64,000 bases of DNA from NCBI GenBank assembly GCA_965655095.1, contig OZ296654.1, forward strand, positions 26,846,001 through 26,910,000, given 5' to 3'. The notes below the pieces were generated by a model. It saw nothing but the letters and a program-made list of their open reading frames with translations. It did no database searches and was not told the DNA's origin. Positions 54,205-64,000 of this stretch are shown here, one piece after another. Positions within the stretch are counted from its first letter, which is position 1. The number at the start of each line of letters is the position of its first letter. Position numbers and translations under genes: made by a program. The stretch is from Haplodiscus bocki. Its lineage: Eukaryota.

Positions 54205-57200
54205 GCATCATACAAGAAACCTGAACACTGAACTTTTCTCCACGATGCCGTAGGTTTTTCTCACATTTCTCAAACTTCTGCCTTTTCACAGATCATTTAA
54301 ATTTTGAGCCCAACTCGTCTGTGCAGATCACAAGTTTACGTTATTTGTGATACCGATATGCTAAGTTTTCTACTTTTCTTCTTTCTCTGATCCATGCAAA
54401 TCCAACATCCTTATGACTAATTCACGTAAGCATAGCATCAAAGAGGACCTTCCACAGCCTAACTGGCTTGTCCATGAGCGCCTTAAAATTGAAAAAAAAG
54501 GTTAAAACGTTGTCTCAAAACGGTTTCCACCGATAACACAGTTCCCCGGAGTTTTCCTGACTAAAGTTTGGACGTTACGCTATGTGAGTTTTTGTAGTTT
54601 TCTGGTATTGAACATTGGTCTCTTAAAAAAATGGAACAAAATGCTCCTTGATATGTCAAGAATATCCTCTGCAAACTTTTTGGTTTTTGAAGGGCTTCCA
54701 GTTTGCCTCATATTTCACCCCGTGGAGAGACACCGTTAATGTAGCGATTTTAGATTAGTCTGGCAAAACGCCAAGGAAAAACGAACTCCTAATTGTAACC
54801 AACAAGGGTTGAGCTACTTTTATTGAAACTACAACAGTGCCATTTGCCTAACTACGAAGCTTTATTATTAGATTGTTATTATATGCACCAGTGCGATCAT
54901 GGAAAGAAAATTGAAATTTTTTTATCTGTTATGCTACTGCGACAGATTAAATAATGATTGAACAGATTTTTGTCTTTCAACAAGTATTGAGGAAAAATAT
55001 TAAATTAAAACCATATCAGCACAATCTTTTTCGTTTAGATTTAGTTGATCTGAATTGTTTTTCCAGTTTGCACTACCAGTTGATGGTTTTCATGCACTCG
55101 GTTATCATAATTGTTAAAAAAACAAACGTTTGTTTTTCATGAAACTTTCATTTTCTGAGAAATGTGCAGCCGCTTCTTAAATCAAATGGCAGAATTTAGT
55201 TTACTTCCCAAAGTGTTTTGCAATTTAATAATTTAAGTTCGTCTGGAGAACCAACTATTTCATGATGAAGAGCGCTTCTGTTTGGAAAAAATTATCGATA
55301 GAGTTATCAAAGTAGGAACAAGTTTTCTGTTTATTCCTTACTTCAGAGTTTTGTTTAATTTCACCAATGGTTTGTTTGAACAATTTCATTATTTGATTGA
55401 CGTTGTCGTTTTTGAAATCACTCGGGATCATTCAGAGCGACTTTTGTTCGAAACATTCTAAAATGTTATTGTTTCCGAGAGAGATATTGAAAAACGGAAA
55501 ATTTCTCATGGTTTTTTCAGAGGATTTCTCCCATAAAAACGGGTACGAGAGGATGTTTAGCACAATGATTGGTGATATCATAAAATTCAATTTGAAGTTT
55601 CAAGTTTGACTAAAAATCGCTGCGCCTCACATGATCAATTAGAGTGTTCGAAAAATTAGTTCTTATAGTTGGTGTGTCTACCATCTCTGTACAATCGTTG
55701 TTTGTGAATGTGAATATGTTAGTGTGATTGTGATATTACCAGATACCTAAAACAAAAAAGAAAACGATTATACTATTCTTTACGGTCAAGTCCAAAAAAA
55801 GGGTTCGCGAGAACAGAAACGCCTCAGAGTAAACGATCTGCAACGGTCAAACCCATGTTGACAGTGTTTCCGGCAACTCGCGAAATCTCGATGAAAGGGT
55901 AGATAGAAACAATTTTTCAGTGCTTCGGAAACGATGTTGGAAAGCTTGATCGGTCAATGATATTTTACACTTATCTTTTACTGCTTTAAAGTTTGAAAGT
56001 GGGATTGCGCCAGTTTTCAAAACGTAGGGATTTTTCTACGTCTTTTGATGAACAGAAAGTTTTCCACAATGTGGGACTCAAATCATTCACTAATCTCTTG
56101 CATATGAACGACCTCAGACTGTGCCTTTTCATCTCGCTCCGCTAGACGGAAATATAACAGTTTCGAAAGACCGGCCAGGAATGTGGGAAAAAACTACAGA
56201 AAATATAGGGCAAAAAATAAAATAAAAACTTTTGTTTTCAATCCGGAAAAATATGTTAATCCTATTTACCAACTGGAAACATTTTCAGGCCATCAGTTTG
56301 AAATGAAACACTTGGACCGCAAATGTTGTTCAATATCACTTAAATTGTGCAAAGCAAGATTATCAGCGAATTAGAGAAACAATTATGTGAATGTATCTCG
56401 AATCATCTCTGCTCTTACTTGGCACCATTATTATGCGGAAATTGTATTAAAAAAAGACATTTTCGAGAATGTCACTTTTTAGAGACTGAAAGAGTTCAAC
56501 AGTTGAAAAAGTATGCTTTCACTTAAGACACAATCCCAAAGAAAAAAATTCCACAATATTGTACCGGCCACCCAAAAGCCACGTTCACTGAAAAGGTTGT
56601 TAGTTGGTTTGACAGATATTTTCAAGTCACACATTTGATTGCAGTTGAACTGCAATAACTGTCTGTCACTGAAAAAAGAATTTGAAAAGAAGGAAACACA
56701 TGCAGCTGACAGAAAGTCTTATAATCGAAAAATGTTATTTATGAGTTATTCCTAATCGAATAGGAAACCAATAAAGTCACGAAGCATAACTGTAGTAGAA
56801 GTAGAACTATCGCAAAAAATTGTTTTAGCTGCCTGATTCTGAAGTGAAGGTAACTTTTTGATCAACTGCTCAGATAACCCATAAGATTGAGAGTTACAGT
56901 TGACAAACTTGCCCTTCGCCAAAACCGAGATCAATTCTTTTGTAGTTTTAAGAAACAGGCATTTTCTAACGGACTATATTCGCCTCAACTGATGATACCA
57001 TCTAGTACAGACAAAATTCATAAATTTGTAACAACTCAGTTTGCTGTTGAAAACAGCGCCTACCATTTCAAAACTAACATTCACTTTGAAAATTTACCTC
57101 TCCGTGAAAAGATTTTTAAGAAGAGGAACTGTCGATTCGTTCACAGACATATATTACGTTTTGGAGATATCCACTGTAGGTTTGAAGGAAGATAACAATA

Positions 57201-58559
57201 AGAATATTTCTCCAAAAGATTTTTGTGACAAACATTTCGCAACTAATATAGTTCTCAAGTTGAATCTCAAGTTGACTTCTATATCAGCTGCATAGACACG
57301 ACTACGCAGAAAGCAATCATTCTAGAAGTTATGGAGAGGCAACAAGTGCAGAATTAAAAGAAGTGACCACGGTCGCGTTTCTTGAAGTACACCTCTGGTA
57401 ACCAGTTTTCTGTCGGAAAAGAAGCCATCAATCATCATTCATTGTGTCAGGCCTTTCAAAAAAGAATGTGGTATAACAAAAAACCTGTCTTTTACTCGAA
57501 TTTTGGGTAAGATGTTCTGAAAAAGATTTTGATCAAGTGTGTCGAAGGCAGCAGGTTAATCAAGGGATATAGGCAAAATAGTCGAGTTCTCCCTCAGACC
57601 CCAGCGGATTTTGGGAGCTATGCCCAGCGAAATTGTTTCAGTGAAGTTAAAGCATCTAAAAACAGATTGATGTAGAACGACTATAGAGTGTCTTTTGAGA
57701 AAAGATTGGAGCTGTGAGGCAATGACGTCTGTCGGTCTTTGGAATTATTTTCGATATCATCTTTGTTGAAGATTGGTAAAACTACACCATGTCTCGTCAG
57801 GAAAATTATCATTTTTGAAAGATTCATTTAATAATATCAGCAGTGCTCTGTGGAAGACAGGAGGTTTCTTCAAAACAGACAAATCAAAACCTGGTCAGGC
57901 TGGGACGCAACAGATACCATGGACATGATGAAAATCAATTCTCCTTGGTTAATCATTTTCAATCAATCTAACGCCGCTTTATATTGTGAGAGTGAAATTT
58001 CAGTATCAATTGTATGGACATTGGAGAAACTTTCATCAGTTTTCTATTGAAAGTAACCAGTGAAAATCCTTGGTTAGATGAGTTCTAGGAAAAACAGAAT
58101 TTAAAATCCGTTTCCTACGAGAACCGAAAAGAGTGTAGATTGCAGAAAAATTTTGTACTGATCGTATCCGCAACTACAAGTTTGGTATCATGAAATTTAT
58201 GTCGTTTGCATTAAAGAATAAGAAGTTTTGCACTTGCACTATAAAGATAAAACAGCCAGTCATAGTAGCACGCAGGTATTCAAAAACTCCCTCATGTTGG
58301 CTTCTTTTCTTTCAACATTTTCACCGTTCTGATCTGTACGACAGACAGTTAGGTTGATTAAAAAAATCGTTTTTCGCATAGTGGTAACTTGATTACCAAT
58401 AACGTTTAAAGTTTCGAAGAAATTCGCATCAGGTTCAACTTTAACGAAATTTTCCAACCGTTCAGTAAAATTTTCAATTAAAAGAAGCAGATTCAATTCT
58501 TTTATGATTTTGTGGGATACGATATATGTTGGACGATTAACCGTGGGTACAATAAAGGA

Positions 58560-59135
58560 TGCGAAATTCAACCATTTATGATCAGAATTGACAATTTTCA
58601 CGGCAGAAATATTCAAATGTTCCACTATAAATAAACGGAGATTGTTGTTTTCATCAAATTCAGCAAAGTCAACAGACTAATGTAATCCAACCTCAGTCAG
58701 AAGGTGGAGAAAACCTTCGATGTCGGGCAAATTTTAATGACATGGATTTATTTCAATGACATAAAAGCGTTTCAAAACGAAAGGACTTGAAAAAAATTCT
58801 CAAGTCTGTCAAAAGGTTGTTTAGAAGGCCAACATAGAGCCTGTAGCAAAGAAAAACAATGAAATGGAACTTCAAGAAGTAGACGGAGCAGACGAACACA
58901 ACAAAACCTGTACTGTAGCTAGATTTTAAAACTGCAAGTTCCAAAGTGTGCCTAAGAATAACGAAAAGTCCGCCACCACTTGAAACAAATAAAAATATTG
59001 ATCAAGGACAAAACTGTTGTCAGCATCATTGAACCATTATTTTGTTACCATAACGAGATCTGATTCTGCTGATAAACTTGCAGATTGAACTTCGAGTGCT
59101 TTGTTTCTCATAGATCTTGCATTAGAGAGGGAGAA
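58560..59135 (-). pseudogene. APE-type endonuclease remnant of LINE ORF2
   Basis: NARS..NK, D.V.VT.xW, GGG, NLPDI and SDH motifs in the correct order. Confidence 0.8.
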
Positions 59136-59722
59136 CGTTACCTTCTGTAGTTTTGCTGGTCATTGAAAGAGACTTTATGATAGAATTTTCAGCCATTGCT
59201 TTTAGATTTAGCCTAAATCTGCCAATTTTGATAATTTTAGACCCAAGAGGTTGTTCTGAAATATCAACGATCTTTTCTCTTAAAACACAATGAAAAAAGT
59301 TCCACTAGGAGTAACCAATTGATACTTTTTGGATTCAGAGGAGGCCCATCGCCTTATCATCACAAAAATAACAATTGGCATCCTCATCACACTCTTCCGA
59401 GTTTTTTCCGCGGTTAAACACCTTTGACGTTCGTACTTCTTAAAGAACCAGTTTTTACCTCACATTCTTTTTTCAGCCTGGTTTTGTGTCAGTTTGGGCA
59501 TTATAAAAAAATTACTCGAGCCTTGGTTTGTCGAAGTTACAACTTCAGTTCTTGTAGTAGCCTTGTCACCAGCATCGTGATGTTCAGAGGTGGGAATATC
59601 TCTCAAATGAGGACCAAGTTTAAGAGGCTCATCCTGCTTTCGTTTCATCAATTCCACTTCACCTCTCAGTTCCGACCCTGCTTCAATTAGATGACTAAGT
59701 ATTGATTCAGCAAAAGCAATTT

Positions 59723-60025
59723 TCACACCGCATGGAATAAATTCATCAAAAGAGTCTTGAAAAGATTCACGGGGGTTTCAGGAAGAACTAACTTCTCAAA
59801 GTAACTTATACGTCTGGATGGGAGATACATTGCTTCAAGTTCTGATATTTGGGATATAAGTGCCAGAGGTAACCCCGAGCAAACTCTGTGATACCAAATA
59901 TCACATACATCACACTGAGTCCGGCCCTCACCAACCTCATCATTTTTAATGATCCACAATGGCTGCCTTTTTTCGCCATTGTCGTCCCCGCTTGAAACCG
60001 CTGCAACCATGGCAGGTGTACACAT
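59723..60025 (-). pseudogene. PHD-finger remnant of LINE ORF1
   Basis: QCDVCDIWYHRVCSGL is the C-x2-C-x4-H-x2-C part of a PHD finger, upstream of the endonuclease as in L2/CR1 ORF1 proteins. Confidence 0.75.
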
Positions 60026-60741
60026 TGGAAGATTGTAATGGTAGCTTCAGATAAAAGCACATCTCCAGAAAAGCAACAGTTTTTTCTGAGTCGATCTTTT
60101 AGACCATACAATGCTTTTTATTTTTTTTATCACAAAAATTGGGCTTTCAATTTGATTTTTGAATGTTTCCGTCTTTTAACGAATTTTTTTCTTTCCATGG
60201 ATTATTTTAAACACATTCATTTCGATTAAATGCCAATAAAAAGATTTACTTTCCAAGAATATGGTACTAGATGGCCAATTTCAAGACATTAAACTCTATT
60301 GCGATCGAAAAATAGGTCTAAAAACGATCAGCGCTATCGTAACTTCCTTTACACCTATCGCGTTACAGAGAACGCTCGAACCTTAAAAAAGCCGCTATTT
60401 TGTAATCCAAAACTAACGTAAACCTGAAACTAATCTCATAGAGGATTCGAAGATAAATGAAAAGGTCGAGAATTTTTAATTTTCAGATAAATACCCAAAG
60501 TGATTGTTGCAGTTTGTTTATTTGTTGCCTAAACTCGACTTAGGAAGGTTATGAAATTACGAAGGAAGGATTATTTGAATTGCCCAGTTGGCTAATGGAA
60601 CTTGTGAAACTCGTTTCAGCGAGGCATTCGGAGAGCCTTGCCACGCGAGAAGTGAAACAAAGGTAAATGAGACAAAGTGGCTCAAACTTCTATACAAAAT
60701 CTGGAAAAAAATACAAAGGATGTCACTACGGCGGCGAAATG

Positions 60742-60880
60742 AAACTGATTTACAGCTCAATTTTTTCGGTTGAAAGTCCACTTTTTCAAGGTTTAACTTT
60801 AAAGAAACAAATTTTTTACTTCACTCAGACTAACTGAAATTTTTTATTGGCTACATGACTAACACGCTCGGTCACGTGAT
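60742..60880. repeat. ~138-bp direct repeat, copy 1
   Basis: aaactgatttacagctcaattttttcggttgaaa...tattggctacatgactaacacgctcggtcacgtgat. Confidence 0.88.
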
Positions 60881-61054
60881 GTGGTCACTTGACCAAAGAG
60901 GGTAAAAATTACCCGGTGCTCAGCCTTAAATTTCAGTTGCTCGCCGCCGCTCAATTGCCTGAAAATCCGAGGCTAAACTCTCTTACTTTTTTTAACGAAC
61001 TTCTCTTCCCTTCTCTTCTTACTTCACCCTATCGGCTCTATTTTGCGGCAAGCG

Positions 61055-61590
61055 AAACTATTCTAACACAATTCCAAATTAAGTCCAAGCGAAAATTCTA
61101 ATGCATTTTATCGAAATTGTTCGGAAACGTTTCCAAATTCTGTCTTAGCCAAAATTCCATTGCATCATAGCGAATTTTTTCTCCTATTTTTCCAAATTGT
61201 GTCTCAGCCAAAATTTTATGGAATCTAATCGAAACTGTTCTAAGACGTTTCCAGAAAGTGTCTGTGATAAAAATTTCTTGAATCTTATCGAAATTCTTCT
61301 AGGACGTTTCCAAATTGTTTCTCAGCCGAAATTTTTTGCATCTCCTCGAAACTTTCCAGAATGTGTCTTAGAGAAAATTCAATTTGCATCTTATTGAAAA
61401 ATTTCTCAGACTTTCTCAAATTGTGTCTCAGTCAAAATTGTTTTTTGAATCTAATCAATAATGTTCTAAGACTTTCCAGATGGTTAGTGTCTTCGCTAAA
61501 ATTCTATTGCTTCTTATCGAAATTATTCTAAGACAATTCCAAGTTGCGTCTTTGCCAATTTTCATGATCAGCTTCATCTTGGTAAATGAA
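61055..61590. repeat. Degenerate ~59-bp minisatellite (about 9 units)
   Basis: ttccaaattgtgtctcagccaaaattt...atcttatcgaaattgttctaagacgt recurs at ~61072, 61131, 61190, 61249, 61308, 61354, 61413, 61474 and 61537. Confidence 0.75.
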
Positions 61591-61820
61591 GTACAACTAT
61601 CGTCACCCAACTTCGGTATTCGTAAGTTGTAAAATTGCTCTGACCCAGTGGAATTATTCTCACTAGTCATTTTCTTCTAAGAAATCCTTTTCGAGAATTA
61701 GCGAAGGAACTGCCGCGTTCGAGTTGGAAAAAGAACTAACAGAAAATCACCAGGTGCCGCTTATTGCGGGCTATACCTGAGCAGTAGACTAAACCAAAAA
61801 TAACTCAATCTCTCCAACTA

Positions 61821-61958
61821 AAACTGATGTACAGCTCAATTTTTTCGGTTGAAATTGCACTTTTTTAAAGTTTAACTTTAAAGAAACAAAATTTTTACTT
61901 CACTGAGACTAGTGAATTTTTCTATTGGCTACATGACCAACATGCTCGGTCACGTGAT
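61821..61958. repeat. ~138-bp direct repeat, copy 2
   Basis: aaactgatgtacagctcaatttttttcggttgaaa...tattggctacatgaccaacatgctcggtcacgtgat; abuts the truncated end of the zinc-finger ORF remnant. Confidence 0.88.
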
Positions 61959-63122
61959 AAGGGATACCAAACAATTCATGTTTGTCAAACAATGTTTTAC
62001 GGAGCTTATTCACGTTCTTCGGGTACACGTATTTAATTCTTCCACTCCAAGTGGTTAGTTGACGCTCCAAAATTGAAGCTCTGTTGAAGAAAGTATCACA
62101 CGATGGGCAGGGTTAAGGTTTTAAGAGTACATTGATAACGAAAACAAAACAAATGTGACCGTTGTAATTTAACAGTCCAACAGTGTTCGAGTTTTTGCCT
62201 ACACTTCTGCTGGCAAGCTCTCCATTCATTGCTCCGTCAACAAACTCCACGTCGTACAGGAAGCTGTTCATCTTAATCAAGTCTTCTACAACTGGAATGT
62301 CTTTCAAACAATCACTCTGTAAACTTTCTGGATCAGTTCCCCTGAATTTTTTCTTGGAAGAGTGTGAAATTTTTGTAGAATTTTTTTTGTAGAATAGAGT
62401 TTGTAGAATTTCCACTTTGTGATTGCTCGTTTTTTTGTCCACTCTTCGATCACATCAGTGTTATTCAATTTTTTCTTGATTTTCACAAATCTTTTTTGCC
62501 TGCCACATGTTTTGCTCGTTCTATTAAAGTGTGTGTGTGGTGTCGTTCTTGTGTGCATTAAATATTACCAACCCATCTTCTAGATTCTTGAGCACAAAGC
62601 CATTTTCACTAATAAACTTTGCTGAACACTTGAACTTCTCGAACAGAGTGTCTAGTTTCAGTCTGAAAGTGTGTGCATCCACAATCGCCATGGCAAGATT
62701 GAAGACTCTATGTCTCCCGTTCACCATCTCAGAGCCTACAAGGAAGTGCTTGTACATTCCTAACTCTCTTTTTAGGGTCTCATTGTCAAATCATCCCACT
62801 ATTTGTGTCATATCCACATTTTTGGTCTCTGATACACTCTGTGCGTTCTGCAACTTCCGTTTGTGTAATCGCAAGGAACAAAAACGACCAATTACTTCAT
62901 GAAGAAAATGAAACCTTTGATGTTTTTTGCTTGGGTTGAGCTATGCTGATTCGCATTGTGAAATGTGAAATCAACCTGTGAACGTGTTGAGAAGTTGGCA
63001 CATTTAGGGCAATAAAGTATTTGAACTCAGCATCCTGTCTTGTGTCGAAATAAACTGTGTTTTGAAGTCTGCGTTCCACAATTTTATCAAATAATGTTTT
63101 CATTTCTGGTGAGGGGAGGCAT
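61958..63122 (-). pseudogene. Decayed zinc-finger ORF resembling the N-terminal region of Polinton/Maverick (adintovirus-type) protein-primed DNA polymerase proteins
   Basis: Joining frames from the ATG at 63122 gives MPPLTRNENII**NCGTQTSKH...YCPKCANFSTRSQVDFTFH...KHFLVGSEMVNGRHRVFN...KLDTLFEKFKCSAKF...GFVLKNLEDG...KWKFYKL...DIPVVEDLIKMNSFLYDVEFVDG..GELASRSVGK...LLNYNGHIC...CPSCDTFFNRASILERQL...YPKNV..LRKTLFDKHELFGIPY. The family assignment is from recollection; no polymerase or exonuclease motif is present because the fragment is truncated. Confidence 0.55.
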
Positions 63123-63408
63123 TTTCGTCAAAAAGTTTTTCACAGGAAAATCTGAAATAGTCGTAAACATTGCAGCAACCTAATTGTAGCAATGCAAACG
63201 GAAAGATGACTAATAAATTTTAGGAAGATGCAATCACTAGTTCATAACTTGCATGGACAGACCAAAAAAGAAAAACTGATTTAAATGACTTCAAACAGAA
63301 ACATTGATTCACATAACCAAAAAAGGAGCTGTCAATCATTTAGTCAGTGAGGTAGGGTCATGAGCAGAAGATATTTACGAACTTTTTTTTCTCAATTGGG
63401 CTCATGTT

Positions 63409-63610
63409 TTCTGAGAATATTAATCAAATAAGTAAATTTCCGCTTGGTAAGGTTTCAGATTGTCTGAGGAAACTAATCACTAATCAAGTAGACAGGTTTC
63501 CCTGCTGAGACGACAGCGTGTCTGAGAAAATTGATCAAGTGGAGCAAAATCCCCTAATGAAGAGACATTTTGTCTGAGTAAAAAGTTCAAGTTGAACAAT
63601 TTTCAATTCA
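63409..63610. repeat. Weak degenerate ~52-58-bp tandem repeat
   Basis: tgtctgag...atcaagt recurs at ~63409, 63461, 63519 and 63571. Confidence 0.35.
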
Positions 63611-64000
63611 GTACTTTTGTATCAAGTGTCAGTCAAAACCATAAAAGGAGGCAGATTTAGGTTTTACACAGTGACTGTAGTGTGGAAGTCAAGAGCATTG
63701 GAACTACAACATGCATGATAGTGTGCCTCAGCAAAAGGTTCTCCGAAACTTCTAACAACTATACCACATTTTCACAATCTAATGTCAAAAGCTAAACTTT
63801 TAAATCTGACTGGTTGGAGAAAAAGCAATGCCAAAATTGTGTTTGTTGAAAAAGAAATCCGCACAACTTTTACTTCTGGACCACGAATTAAATATTTTTT
63901 CAGAATTTTTTGAGCTACAATTAGTCAATGTCTGTCAAAAAGCTAATTCTGAGTTTCAGCAAATTTTTTTCAACCTGCGAAGAAGTTTCGAAAAATCTTT

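Larger units (their letters stand above)
1..54730 (-). repeat. Macrosatellite: head-to-tail tandem array of ~1.35-1.43 kb monomers derived from a LINE reverse-transcriptase region (runs off the left edge of the window)
   Basis: The anchor ctgatttcatcagtag (or a close variant) recurs at ~1311, 2743, 4164, 5599, 8186, 9623, 11344, 13463, 14795, 16139, 17481, 18831, 20180, 21542, 22890, 24236, 25593, 26941, 28287, 29643, 30997, 32351, 33702, 35061, 36412, 37762, 39112, 40472, 41832, 43021, 44804, 46660, 48431, 51280, 52685 and 54123. Spacing is mostly 1342-1362 bp centrally and 1405-1438 bp on the flanks. All copies share one orientation. Similarity stops abruptly after ...atttcacccCGTGGAGAGA at ~54730. 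Confidence 0.97.
56740..60110 (-). mobile_element. Decayed near-full-length L2-clade LINE (PHD-finger ORF1, APE endonuclease, RT)
   Basis: In order on the minus strand: QCDVCDIWYHRVCSGL (~59900), LSNARSMRNK...DLVMVTK*WF (~59030-59130), GGGLFVI (~58970), NLPDI (~58725), NSDHKW (~58580), LD*PAAFDTLD (~57530-57565), RGVLQE (~57385), YAADI (~57280-57294) and VNCNSQSYGLSEQLIKKLPSLQNQAAK (56752-56934, L2-type DYCNSLL.GL....KLQ.VQN.AAR). Many stops and frameshifts. Confidence 0.85.

Noticed and set aside
1-54730. Bacterial RT system (retron, DGR, group II intron, RT-CRISPR) or tandem active RT genes
   Set aside because: The motifs are eukaryotic non-LTR type (YGIRG, GVPQGS, FADDT-derived), the catalytic Asp is lost, there is no operon structure, and the context is eukaryotic TE debris.
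1-54730. rDNA, 5S, histone or snRNA tandem gene cluster
   Set aside because: I recognised no rRNA, histone or snRNA sequence in the monomer; most of it is accounted for by LINE ORF2 homology.
54731-56740. Short ORFs in the unique AT-rich stretch after the array
   Set aside because: No recognisable motifs, low-complexity composition and no supportable exon structure.

Overview
AT-rich eukaryotic (probably invertebrate animal) repeat-rich DNA with no intact protein-coding gene that I can support. Bases 1 to about 54,730 are one head-to-tail macrosatellite of roughly 40 monomer-equivalents (1.34-1.44 kb; I counted 36 copies of the anchor CTGATTTCATCAGTAG). The monomer is a dead fragment of a non-LTR retrotransposon (CR1/Crack/Daphne-like) reverse transcriptase read on the minus strand (YGIRG..LEW..SY.SNR...CGVPQGSIL.PLLF.LY..DLP...FAHDTN). 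Nearly all short ORFs in the track before 54.7 kb are shadows of this repeat. The array is layered. Longer (~1.43 kb), more RT-like, divergent monomers occur only on the two flanks, and flank variants are shared between the left and right ends. The centre holds homogenised ~1.35 kb monomers of two subfamilies, with local higher-order repeats (dimer, trimer, 3,627 bp). One monomer is interrupted by a ~1.09 kb Helentron-associated (HINE/DINE-1-like) element carrying four tRNA-Ile-like copies with an AAA anticodon. Right of the array are a decayed L2-clade LINE (PHD ORF1, APE endonuclease, RT; minus strand), a ~59 bp minisatellite bracketed by ~138 bp direct repeats, and a decayed zinc-finger ORF resembling the N-terminus of Polinton/adintovirus-type polymerase proteins. 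All counts and boundaries were read by eye and are approximate.
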